From Phycisphaeraceae bacterium (lineage in GTDB: Bacteria > Planctomycetota > Phycisphaerae > Phycisphaerales > Zrk34), in assembly GCA_040905565.1 (NCBI GenBank), contig JBBDRF010000046.1:1-21806 (forward strand): DNA of 21,806 bases, given 5' to 3'. The position numbers and the translations under genes were made by a program. The notes below the pieces were generated by a model. It searched no databases. It saw only the letters and a list, made by a program, of their open reading frames with translations, and was not told where the DNA came from. This document shows positions 1-7,406 of this stretch, piece by piece (position 1 is the first letter of the stretch; each line of letters opens with the position of its first letter).

Positions 1-1781
1 TCGGGGCGGGTGTCGGCGAGCATCTTCATCAGCTGAGGCAAAGCGTCGGCGACGGGCATCTTCATCAGTGAGCGGATGGCGGTGGCGCGGCTGCGGTTGC
101 CAGACTGGTCGGCGAGGGCGAGGAGCGCGGCATTGGCCTGCTCGGCCTGGCCGAGGCTTTCGAGCGATTCGATGGCGTTGGAGCGGACGCGGTCGTCCTC
201 ATGCGTGAGCGCCTCGCTGAGGCTGTCGGCTGACTCGGCCGTGGGCGCCGCCATGCCGAGCGCCCGGGCCGAGGCCGAGGCGACACGCGAATCGCTGTCT
301 TTGAGCAGTTCGATGAGCCTGGCATCATGCTCGGAAGCCTGCTCGAGTGAGCGCACCATCATGACGGCTTTGAAGCGGACGCCGGGGTCGGCATCGCGCA
401 GCTTCTGGTGCAACTGCTGCGTGAAACGTCGGTCGATCTTCATGACCGCACGGCCGGCCGACTGCTGCGTCGCGACATCCATCTGGTTCCAGTGCTGCCA
501 CAATCGCCGAAAGCCCACCGGCGCGAGTTCACGCTCAGCGAGCCGACGCACCGCGACATGCGACGAACTGATGAGCTTGACGGTGAGCCTGGTGAGCCCC
601 GGCCATCGCCGACTGCGCAGATGACGCAGGGCCATGCAGGCGAGAGTGGCGTCGGCGTCATAGCACATGGCGGAGACGGTTTCGTCGGCGGCGGGGTCGT
701 CGATCTCACGAAGGGCACGCAGGGCGAGCAGACGCGTGGTGCGGTCGCCTGCGACCGACAAAGGCTGAAGCGCCTGAACCTGATCGGCCCGATCGGCACG
801 CACGGCAATCACCCAGCGCGGCACCAACCGTTCGACCTCGACGGGCAACGTGGCGAGCGACGACTCGGTCGGCAGAAGATGCTGACCGGGGGTGACCTTG
901 CGGACGGCACTGCGGACATCAGGCACGGCGAGCAGGTGAGCCGTCCGCCAGATCGACGGCAGGGCTGAGGGGATGTGACGACCGGCAAGCCCCTCAACAA
1001 CGACCGGCTCGAGGACGGCGAGCGAGGCATAACTGAGCAGGGCGTACTGAATTTCAGGGCGATCGGCGTGACGGATCATGTCACGCAACACGGTATGAGC
1101 GGCGCAGCGGCGGTCGGTCAATTGCTGCATCAGCGCCCGCGGCCGGGCGGGACCGAGCACGGCGGCTGCGGCGAGAACGTCCTGACGACCGTGCTGATGG
1201 TAGCAGGAGCATCCCTCAGCCAGAGCGGCGGTCAGCCATCTCACCCGCTTGGCCGCCTCACCACCGCCAGCCCCCCCACCACCTTCTGCGCTGACCGTCC
1301 CGGATTGTGCGGTGATGGCTTCGGCCTCTGGGTTAAGCCCACCTTGTGCCGGCACGGGAGGATCTTCGATGATATTGGCGAGGTTGAGCATGCCTGCGGC
1401 GGCGGCACGGCGGACGCGCGAGTCGCTGTGGTGCAGCTGGGCGGACATCAAATAGGCGAGGCGGAACGTCTGGGCGCGCGTGACCATGTCGACGACGTTC
1501 AACCGCGTGGTCGGCTCGCCCTGCTCGGCGGCGGCGCGGAGGACGGCATCCAGACGATGCGCTTGCGACACAATCAACTGCTGCAACTGTGGGCTGAGCA
1601 AGTGCAAATGTTGCACGAGGCCCATGCGAGCGGTTTCGTCGCGGCGCTCCAGGAGGCTGAGCACGAGCAACTGCTGGGCTTCGGGATCGGCCGTGGGCAG
1701 GGCTTCAGCCATCGCGCGGTCGACGATGGGATCGGCGATCGGCCTGATGAGCCTGTAAATGCGTTTAAGCTTCGTCATCAT
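1..1781 (-). CDS. Large HEAT/PBS-lyase-repeat alpha-helical protein, runs off the left edge of the window (>590 aa)
   Basis: Absent from the ORF track because no stop lies in the window. Manual translation from ATG 1781 gives MMTKLKRIYRLIRPIADPIVDRAMAEALPTAD...; the distal part has HEAT-like units (LIELLKDSDSRVASASARALG; LSEALTHEDDRVRSNAIESLESLG; LPQLMKMLADTRP). The + strand ORFs 408..968 and 975..2033 are its in-register antisense shadows. Confidence 0.85.
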   Translation of the reverse strand, partial: MMTKLKRIYRLIRPIADPIVDRAMAEALPTADPEAQQLLVLSLLERRDETARMGLVQHLHLLSPQLQQLIVSQAHRLDAVLRAAAEQGEPTTRLNVVDMVTRAQTFRLAYLMSAQLHHSDSRVRRAAAAGMLNLANIIEDPPVPAQGGLNPEAEAITAQSGTVSAEGGGGAGGGEAAKRVRWLTAALAEGCSCYHQHGRQDVLAAAAVLGPARPRALMQQLTDRRCAAHTVLRDMIRHADRPEIQYALLSYASLAVLEPVVVEGLAGRHIPSALPSIWRTAHLLAVPDVRSAVRKVTPGQHLLPTESSLATLPVEVERLVPRWVIAVRADRADQVQALQPLSVAGDRTTRLLALRALREIDDPAADETVSAMCYDADATLACMALRHLRSRRWPGLTRLTVKLISSSHVAVRRLAERELAPVGFRRLWQHWNQMDVATQQSAGRAVMKIDRRFTQQLHQKLRDADPGVRFKAVMMVRSLEQASEHDARLIELLKDSDSRVASASARALGMAAPTAESADSLSEALTHEDDRVRSNAIESLESLGQAEQANAALLALADQSGNRSRATAIRSLMKMPVADALPQLMKMLADTRP

Positions 1782-1980
1782 GAGCAAAAGAACCTGGCCC
1801 GACGTTCGACGCGGCCGACGCTGAACGACGGCTGTTGGGCGGCGAGACGGCAACGGCGTAACGGCGGCGCGCCTATGCTACGCCTTCTTACTTATCGGCC
1901 TGAAGGGTGCGAAATCTGCATCCGGGGAGCGCCGCTGAGTGCCGATTTGCGAAGTTTTTGCAAAATCCGACAGATAAAAG

Positions 1981-2009
1981 GTGAAACCCCGCCTTTAGCT
2001 TGCTATATT
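1981..2009 (+). promoter_or_regulatory. Candidate sigma70 promoter for the DUF2617-like gene
   Basis: GTGAAA-17 nt-TATATT with an extended -10 TG (TGcTATATT). Confidence 0.45.
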
Positions 2010-2059
2010 TCACCGCTCGGAACACAAAAATAAACACACGTATAGAGGTTGAGCCAGAA

Positions 2060-2605
2060 ATGACTCTCAGTAATAAGTCGCCCAGCGTGCAGACTTACCG
2101 CCTGCTGCTTTTTCAGCGGGCTCTGCACCCGGAGCTTTTTAACATTCAAGATCGACGTTCAGACACGCACGCGGATTACGAGCTGGAAAGCTGGGTCTCC
2201 GCCGGCGGTCACGTGCTGCGTTTTCAGGTCGCGAACAAATGCCTCAGCGAGGCGGTGGTCGACCAGGACCAGCAGCTGCCTCAGCGCGGCATCCTCCATA
2301 CCCTCCCCTGCCTCGGCGAGAAGGAGATGGACGACACGATCGACGATCAGGTCCGCTATGTGACCAGCGTTCAGACGGAACTGCTGTCGGAAAACCTTTA
2401 CACGGCTACTTTTGTCGAGATGAGGGATTTCGCGCGGGACGCCGGGGCGATGTGGCATGAGTGGGGCGAGGAAGAAGGCACGCAGAACCTTTCGATCCTC
2501 GACGTCCAGCGTTACAAGCGCGAAGTGCACGCCCAGGCCTACCACCTGATCAGTGCGGCGGGATTCGTCCTGCGGACGCAGTCCATCTTCGAAATCGCCC
2601 GCTGA
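2060..2605 (+). CDS. DUF2617-like conserved hypothetical protein (181 aa)
   Basis: ATG 2060 follows GAGGTT. Motifs LFQRALHPELF, GHVLRF and C-terminal LRTQSIFE match my recollection of planctomycete DUF2617 proteins. Confidence 0.7.
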   Translation: MTLSNKSPSVQTYRLLLFQRALHPELFNIQDRRSDTHADYELESWVSAGGHVLRFQVANKCLSEAVVDQDQQLPQRGILHTLPCLGEKEMDDTIDDQVRYVTSVQTELLSENLYTATFVEMRDFARDAGAMWHEWGEEEGTQNLSILDVQRYKREVHAQAYHLISAAGFVLRTQSIFEIAR

Positions 2606-2617
2606 GAGCAGAAAAAA

Positions 2618-2755
2618 TAACCACAGAGGCACAGAGGGGGAGGAGGAAGAGAAAGGCAGAGAGAAGAATCTGATTCTGATTTTTTTTAGATTCCTGATTT
2701 TTTACTTCTGACTTTTTTTTCTTCTTACTCCTCTTCCTCTGTGCCTCTGTGGTTA
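2618..2755. repeat. Palindromic MITE/REP-like element, copy 1
   Basis: Perfect 20-bp inverted repeat TAACCACAGAGGCACAGAGG (2618-2637) / CCTCTGTGCCTCTGTGGTTA (2736-2755). Purine-rich left arm and pyrimidine-rich right arm; second copy at 5460-5598. Confidence 0.9.
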
Positions 2756-2768
2756 AATCTCTTCGCCC

Positions 2769-2797
2769 TTGCATTGCCGACCATTGCGCATGACAAT
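2769..2797 (+). promoter_or_regulatory. Candidate sigma70 promoter for eda
   Basis: TTGCAT-17 nt-GACAAT. Confidence 0.4.
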
Positions 2798-2865
2798 AGG
2801 ACTTTCTGGCCCGCCCGCGGTTGCGTTGGGCGGGTTTTGTTTAATCCTTCAAGAAGAGCGCGGAC

Positions 2866-3522
2866 ATGACTGAGACGATCGAGGTAGAGCAGCGGGTTGA
2901 GCAGATCCTGACGAACGGCCTGATTGCGGTGATCCGTAGTGATTCCGCGGATACGGCGGTCAACATCAGCCGGACGCTGCACAAAGGCGGCGTGCGGGTG
3001 CTGGAGATTGCGCTGACGACGCCGGGCGGTCGTGATGCGATCAAAGCCGTCAAGCAGGAGTTCGGAGACGATGCGGTGGTCGGCGCCGGGACGGTGCTCA
3101 GCAGTGAAGCGGCGGAAGACGTGATCGCGGCTGGGGCGGACTTCGTGTTCGCGCCGAACACCGACGTGGATGTGATCCGGACGGTGAAGCGGTTGAATCG
3201 GCCGATGGTGCCTGGTGCGTTGACGCCGACTGAGGTGGCGACGGCGATGGCGGCAGGGGCGGACATCATCAAGCTTTTCCCGGGCAACGTGTTCGGGCCC
3301 AAGTACATCCGCGATCTGCGGGGACCTTATCCGGGCGTGCGGATCACGCCGACGGGCGGGGTGAGCCTGGAGAATATCGGCGAATGGTTCGAGGCCGGGG
3401 CTGTGGCGGTAGGGATCGGCACGGCGATGATTCAGAAAGATCTGGTGCGTGAGAAGCGGTGGGATGCCCTGAGCGAAGTCGCGGCGAAATACGTGGCGGC
3501 TGTCCGGCAAGCACGCGGATGA
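2866..3522 (+). CDS. eda: KDPG/KHG aldolase (Eda/DgoA family)
   Basis: IAVIR, LEIALTTP (catalytic Glu), VGAGTVL, GALTPTE, IKLFP (Schiff-base Lys), PTGGVSLEN. Confidence 0.92.
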   Translation: MTETIEVEQRVEQILTNGLIAVIRSDSADTAVNISRTLHKGGVRVLEIALTTPGGRDAIKAVKQEFGDDAVVGAGTVLSSEAAEDVIAAGADFVFAPNTDVDVIRTVKRLNRPMVPGALTPTEVATAMAAGADIIKLFPGNVFGPKYIRDLRGPYPGVRITPTGGVSLENIGEWFEAGAVAVGIGTAMIQKDLVREKRWDALSEVAAKYVAAVRQARG

Positions 3523-3553
3523 ACGTGCGGCAGAGGCCGGTGATGGGGGTGGG

Positions 3554-3582
3554 TTGTCCCGACGGCCTCGGTGCTGGATAAT
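3554..3582 (+). promoter_or_regulatory. Candidate sigma70 promoter for the phosphatase-like gene and accD
   Basis: TTGTCC (3554-3559)-17 nt-GATAAT (3577-3582), 9 nt upstream of ATG 3592. Confidence 0.5.
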
Positions 3583-3591
3583 GACAGTCTC

Positions 3592-4233
3592 ATGATGGGG
3601 CAAACCGATCAACATCACGTGGTCTATCTCGTTGGGTCTGGCCTGACGACATGGCAGGAGCAGAACCGCTTGCAGGGCGACACCGACCTGGCGCTCAGCG
3701 AGGCTGGTCTGCTGGCGGCGCGTGAGCAGGCGCAGCAGTGGATGGCGACGCGGCAGGAGCAACCGGGCGCGGCGGCGGTACGCACGATCCACTGTTCGCC
3801 CGACGAAGCTTCGCAGCAGACGGCTGCGGTTTACGCGGAGCTGGCGGGCGCGAAGGTGAAGGTGCATCCCGATCTTGCGGAGATGCATCTGGGCCTTTGG
3901 CAGGGACTGACGGTGGAAGAGCTGCGTGAGCGTTACCGCACGGTGTTCAGCGAATGGCACACCGACTGCGGGGGCCCCACGGTGCCTCAGGGGGAGCTGC
4001 CGGATGAAGCGGTGCGCCGACTTCGACTCGCCTTCAAAAGATTGGCGAAGGGTCACGACGCACTCGTTCTGGTTTTGCGTCCGATGATGCTTCGGCTGTG
4101 CACCGCGTGGCTGACGGGGGACGTGGACAAGCGTCGGCTGAGTGAGCCGATGGCTGTGGTTGAGAAGATTGAACTTGATGCGCAAGCGTGGCGCGGGCTT
4201 CGCTCGCCGAACGTTAAAAAGGTTCCCGCATGA
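3592..4233 (+). CDS. Histidine phosphatase/phosphoglycerate-mutase-fold protein, catalytic motif degenerate
   Basis: Family hallmarks NRLQGDTDLALSEAG, HCSP, DLAEMHLGLWQGL and PQGE are present, but RHG is replaced by GSG. The stop overlaps the accD start (ATGA 4230-4233). Start is 3592 or 3595 (GTG 3571 in the track). Confidence 0.8.
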   Translation: MMGQTDQHHVVYLVGSGLTTWQEQNRLQGDTDLALSEAGLLAAREQAQQWMATRQEQPGAAAVRTIHCSPDEASQQTAAVYAELAGAKVKVHPDLAEMHLGLWQGLTVEELRERYRTVFSEWHTDCGGPTVPQGELPDEAVRRLRLAFKRLAKGHDALVLVLRPMMLRLCTAWLTGDVDKRRLSEPMAVVEKIELDAQAWRGLRSPNVKKVPA

Positions 4234-5072
4234 CGCAAGCACCGCGAAGCTGGCAGGAAGTGACCGATACCTCCAACCGTGCCGACGTGCCGGAGGGGCT
4301 GTGGATGCGCTGCCCCGCGTGCGAGGTGATGGTCTATCGCAAGCACGTTGAGCGTAACCTCTGGGTGTGCCCGGAGTGTGAATATCACCACCGCATCAGT
4401 GCCCGCGTTCGCGTCGAGCAGCTGACGGACCCGGACAGTTTCGAGCCTCGCTGGGAAGAGGTGGCGCCGGCGGATCCGCTGAATTTTGTGGATCTCAAGC
4501 CTTACAAGGATCGGCTGAAGAGTGAGTCGCAGAAGGTGCCTCAGAACGATGCGATCGTGGCGGGGACGGGGTACATCAAAGGTCGGCGGGTGGTGCTGGC
4601 GTGCATGGATCCGTACTTCATGATGGGGTCGATGGGGTCGGTGGTGGGTGAGGTGCTGGCTGAGTCGATCGAGCATGCGCATGAGCATGATCTGCCCTTG
4701 ATCACGATTGCCTGTTCGGGCGGGGCGCGGATGCAGGAATCGACGTTGAGCCTCATGCAGATGGCGAAGACGTCGGCGGCGCTGGCGCAGCTGGACGAGG
4801 ACGGCGGACTATATATTTCGGTGCTGACCGATCCGACGACGGGGGGCGTGACGGCTTCGTTCGCGATGCTGGGCGATGTGATCGTGGCGGAGCCGAAGGC
4901 CTTGATCGGGTTTGCGGGGCCTCGCGTGATCGCCAACACGGTGAAGCAGGATCTGCCGAGCGGGTTTCAGCGTTCGGAATTTCTGCTGGAGCGGGGCTTC
5001 GTCGATCGCGTGGTGGAACGTCAGAACCTACGCAGCGAGATCAGCCGAATCATCGACTACGCGGGTAAGTGA
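4230..5072 (+). CDS. accD: Acetyl-CoA carboxylase carboxyltransferase beta subunit
   Basis: PEGLWMRCPAC...CPEC zinc finger, FMMGSMGSVVGE, SGGARMQES, DPTTGGVTASFAMLGD, GFAGPRVI, FQRSEFLLERG. Confidence 0.97.
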   Translation: MTQAPRSWQEVTDTSNRADVPEGLWMRCPACEVMVYRKHVERNLWVCPECEYHHRISARVRVEQLTDPDSFEPRWEEVAPADPLNFVDLKPYKDRLKSESQKVPQNDAIVAGTGYIKGRRVVLACMDPYFMMGSMGSVVGEVLAESIEHAHEHDLPLITIACSGGARMQESTLSLMQMAKTSAALAQLDEDGGLYISVLTDPTTGGVTASFAMLGDVIVAEPKALIGFAGPRVIANTVKQDLPSGFQRSEFLLERGFVDRVVERQNLRSEISRIIDYAGK

Positions 5073-5106
5073 TCTTTCTTATCTCCAGTTCAGTCAGGGG
5101 TAACCG

Positions 5107-5445
5107 ATGGTATTTCGTGCACTGTTCGTAGGTTCGCTGCTACTTCTGGTTGGCTGCTCGTCGCCGGGGCTGGTGGGGCATTGGAAGGCGGATCCGCCGC
5201 CGGACCAAGTTGCCAGCTTTGAGCTTGAGGTTCGCGAAGACGGCACATTTTTCACCCGCGGCGACGGTGCGAACAGCAATCATGGCGAATGGGAAGAAGG
5301 TGGCTTCGACACGCTTGAACTGCGTCGTGAGAGAGATGGGGAATTGTTGGAAGCAGACGCGACGTTCACCTTGATCGATCGTGATGAAGCAAGACTATCT
5401 GTTCCCAACGAGTCCGTCGAAGTTCGCATGATCCGGGGCAAGTGA
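5107..5445 (+). CDS. Small lipoprotein, beta-rich (lipocalin-like/DUF5640-like)
   Basis: Signal peptide with lipobox LVG-C, then LVGHW and the pattern LEVREDGTF...GEW; AGGGG Shine-Dalgarno upstream. Confidence 0.7.
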   Translation: MVFRALFVGSLLLLVGCSSPGLVGHWKADPPPDQVASFELEVREDGTFFTRGDGANSNHGEWEEGGFDTLELRRERDGELLEADATFTLIDRDEARLSVPNESVEVRMIRGK

Positions 5446-5459
5446 CGGCGGTCGTTAAG

Positions 5460-5598
5460 AAGGTTGAACCACAGAGGCACAGAGGGGGAGGAGGAAGAGA
5501 AAGACAGAGAGAAGGTCTCGGTTTTTTTTCCTGATTTCTTAGTTCTGACTTCTCTTCTTATTACCTCCTCTTCCTCTGTGCCTCTGTGGTTCAACCTT
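5460..5598. repeat. Palindromic MITE/REP-like element, copy 2
   Basis: Perfect 26-bp inverted repeat AAGGTTGAACCACAGAGGCACAGAGG (5460-5485) / 5573-5598. Left arm nearly identical to copy 1 over about 48 nt. Confidence 0.9.
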
Positions 5599-5653
5599 TT
5601 CGGGATGTGTGGTTGGAGGGTCCGGGCTGAGGACAGTGCGGTCCGTATCCCTC

Positions 5654-5684
5654 GATCAAAAATCAACAATCAGCAATCAACAAT
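5654..5684 (+). repeat. Heptamer tandem repeat (AATCA-[A/G]-[A/C])
   Basis: GATCAAA AATCAAC AATCAGC AATCAAC AAT. Confidence 0.75.
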
Positions 5685-5845
5685 TCCCCCGTCAGCGTTG
5701 CGCCCATGCGTTGCGACGGAAGGGGATGGGGGAACAGAACCCTGCACATGCGGGTGGTGCGTTGACAGCCTCCGGCTAACGATGAATTGGACGAGCGGAG
5801 AGGGCTCGCGTTTTTCAATCATTCATCGTTGGGGAGGGCTTTTCG

Positions 5846-7189
5846 ATGGCACGACGACGGCTGACGGCGTGCGTTTGCGCGGCGGCGTTTTTTCTCGCGG
5901 CTGCACCGACGGCGCATGGACAAATCGTTGACGAATGGAACCAACAGTGGATCGACTCCATCCGCGCGACCGGCGGGCAACCGGGGCCGGTCGCACGACA
6001 GGGGGCGATTCTGCACGCTTCTATCCAGGATGCGGTGAACTCGGTGACGCGGGTGGACCGGCCCCTGGTGCACATCAACTACGACGTGCCGGACGCTTCG
6101 ATCGATGCGGCTGGGGCGGCGGCGGCGCACCGGGTGCTTTCGCACTTCTACCCGGAACGGCAAGCCGTTTTTGATGCGACGCTGAATAATCAGCTGAGCG
6201 GCGTGCAGAATGCGCGTCAACGGAGTCAGGGCGTTTCGCTCGGTCGAGGTGTGGCGGATTACGTGATCGAACATCGCAATAGTGACGGCTGGGACACGGA
6301 GCCGAATTACACGGTGAAGGATGAGCCGGGACGCTGGAGGCCGACGCCTCCGAATTACACGGAAGATCCGTACACGCCTCACTGGGGAGATGTGACGCCG
6401 TGGGCGGTGGAATCGGGGACACAGTTCGCAGCACCTGATCCGCCGGCTCTGGACAGTGCGGCATACGCTGAGTCGTTCAACGACGTGAAGGCGATCGGCG
6501 CGCGGAACTCGAGCACGCGGACGCAGGAGCAGACGGACATCGCGATGTTCTGGGCAAACGATCGTGCGGGGTCGTTCCTGCCGATCGGTCAGCTCAATCA
6601 CATCACGCAGGTGGTGGCGCAGGATCAGAACCTCAGCACGCAGGAGCAGGCGAGGTTGTTTGCGTTGACGAATATCGCGATGGCGGATGCGGGGATCGCA
6701 TCGTGGCACACGAAATACGAGACGGATTTCTGGCGCCCGGTGACGGCGATCCGGGAAGCGGACAGCGACGGCAATCCTGACACGGAGGCCGATGCGGATT
6801 GGCTTCCGCTGTATCCGTCGACGCCGACCTTCCCGGCTTACACGTCGGGGCATGCGGCGTTTTCGGGGGCGCATGCGGCGGTGATGGAAGCGTTCTTCGG
6901 AACGGACGACATCAGCTTCACGATCACGACCGACGAGCCGCTCTATGAGGGCTCGGAGTTCCGGACGTATGACAGCTTCTCCGAAGCGGCGCTTGAGAAC
7001 GCGGAAAGCCGAGTGCTGCTGGGCGTCCACTTCGACTTCGACGGCATCGAAGGTAACGACCGGGGCACGGCGCTGGGACAGTACGTCTACGGCGCGCTGG
7101 CGCATCCGATCCCTGAGCCGACGACAGGCGTGATGACGCTGTTGACTTTGGCGCTGCTTGGTCGGCGGAGGCGACGGCGGGCGGGCTGA
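5846..7189 (+). CDS. Secreted vanadium-dependent haloperoxidase/PAP2-superfamily enzyme with PEP-CTERM sorting tail
   Basis: Signal peptide (AHG/Q). Active-site motifs KYETDFWRP, PAYTSGH and SRVLLGVHFDFD. C-terminal IPEP, hydrophobic segment and RRRRRR. Confidence 0.9.
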   Translation: MARRRLTACVCAAAFFLAAAPTAHGQIVDEWNQQWIDSIRATGGQPGPVARQGAILHASIQDAVNSVTRVDRPLVHINYDVPDASIDAAGAAAAHRVLSHFYPERQAVFDATLNNQLSGVQNARQRSQGVSLGRGVADYVIEHRNSDGWDTEPNYTVKDEPGRWRPTPPNYTEDPYTPHWGDVTPWAVESGTQFAAPDPPALDSAAYAESFNDVKAIGARNSSTRTQEQTDIAMFWANDRAGSFLPIGQLNHITQVVAQDQNLSTQEQARLFALTNIAMADAGIASWHTKYETDFWRPVTAIREADSDGNPDTEADADWLPLYPSTPTFPAYTSGHAAFSGAHAAVMEAFFGTDDISFTITTDEPLYEGSEFRTYDSFSEAALENAESRVLLGVHFDFDGIEGNDRGTALGQYVYGALAHPIPEPTTGVMTLLTLALLGRRRRRRAG

Positions 7190-7217
7190 ATGCGCGGCTG
7201 ATGATTGGTCTATTGAT

Positions 7218-7264
7218 GCCATCGTGCCGAGCGGGTTGACCGCCGAGGCACGATGGCTTTTTTT
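7218..7264 (+). terminator. Intrinsic terminator after the haloperoxidase gene
   Basis: GCCATCGTGCC / GGCACGATGGC 11-bp stem with an inner GCGG/CCGC stem, followed by T7. Confidence 0.8.
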
Positions 7265-7275
7265 GATATTCGGAA

Positions 7276-7317
7276 CCCCCTCACCCAGCCTCTCCTCCGG
7301 GGGGGGGGGGAGAGGGG
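7276..7317. repeat. REP-like hairpin (CCCCTCACCC...CCTCTCC...GGAGAGGG type)
   Basis: CCCCCTCACCCAGCCTCTCCTCC-G12-AGAGGGG. Resembles a widespread intergenic palindrome family (from memory); single copy in the window. Confidence 0.6.
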
Positions 7318-7358
7318 TCGCTTGCTACGTAACGGGCTTGCGCCGATGCCCTACGCAC

Positions 7359-7385
7359 AACCGCTCCCTTACGGTCGCGGCTCGT
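7359..7385. repeat. REP-like element (CCGCTCCCTTACGGTCGCGGCTCG type)
   Basis: AACCGCTCCCTTACGGTCGCGGCTCGT, an imperfect palindrome. I recall it as a recurrent intergenic repeat in planctomycetes and acidobacteria; single copy in the window. Confidence 0.5.
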
Positions 7386-7406
7386 ATTGACGATGCGCTT
7401 TTTAGT

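Noticed and set aside
76..2033. Long + strand ORFs 76..624, 408..968 and 975..2033
   Set aside because: Antisense shadows of the minus-strand HEAT-repeat gene in high-GC DNA; no recognisable motifs.
2725..4242. 505-aa minus-strand ORF, and similar ones at 5819..7222, 7920..8975, 9749..10774 and 12086..13258
   Set aside because: They lie antisense to well-supported genes and have the R/H/G-rich composition typical of shadow frames.
2618..5598. Repeated elements as a CRISPR array or composite transposon ends
   Set aside because: There is no repeat-spacer periodicity, cas gene or transposase, and the enclosed genes are housekeeping.
5725..5800. GCCTCCGGCTAA resembling the c-di-GMP-I riboswitch P2 region
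   Set aside because: It lacks the GGCAAA/GNRA P1 hairpin, the GCAAA junction and the matching 3' strand.
5464..5931. ORF starting MNHRGTE as a GxxExxY nuclease gene
   Set aside because: It is only the repeat element read through. No GxxExxY motif follows, and it overlaps the haloperoxidase start.
7299..7310. G12 tract (and C8 at 13091-13098) as a phase-variation switch
   Set aside because: Both are downstream of stop codons, outside coding and promoter regions, and homopolymer length may be a sequencing artefact.
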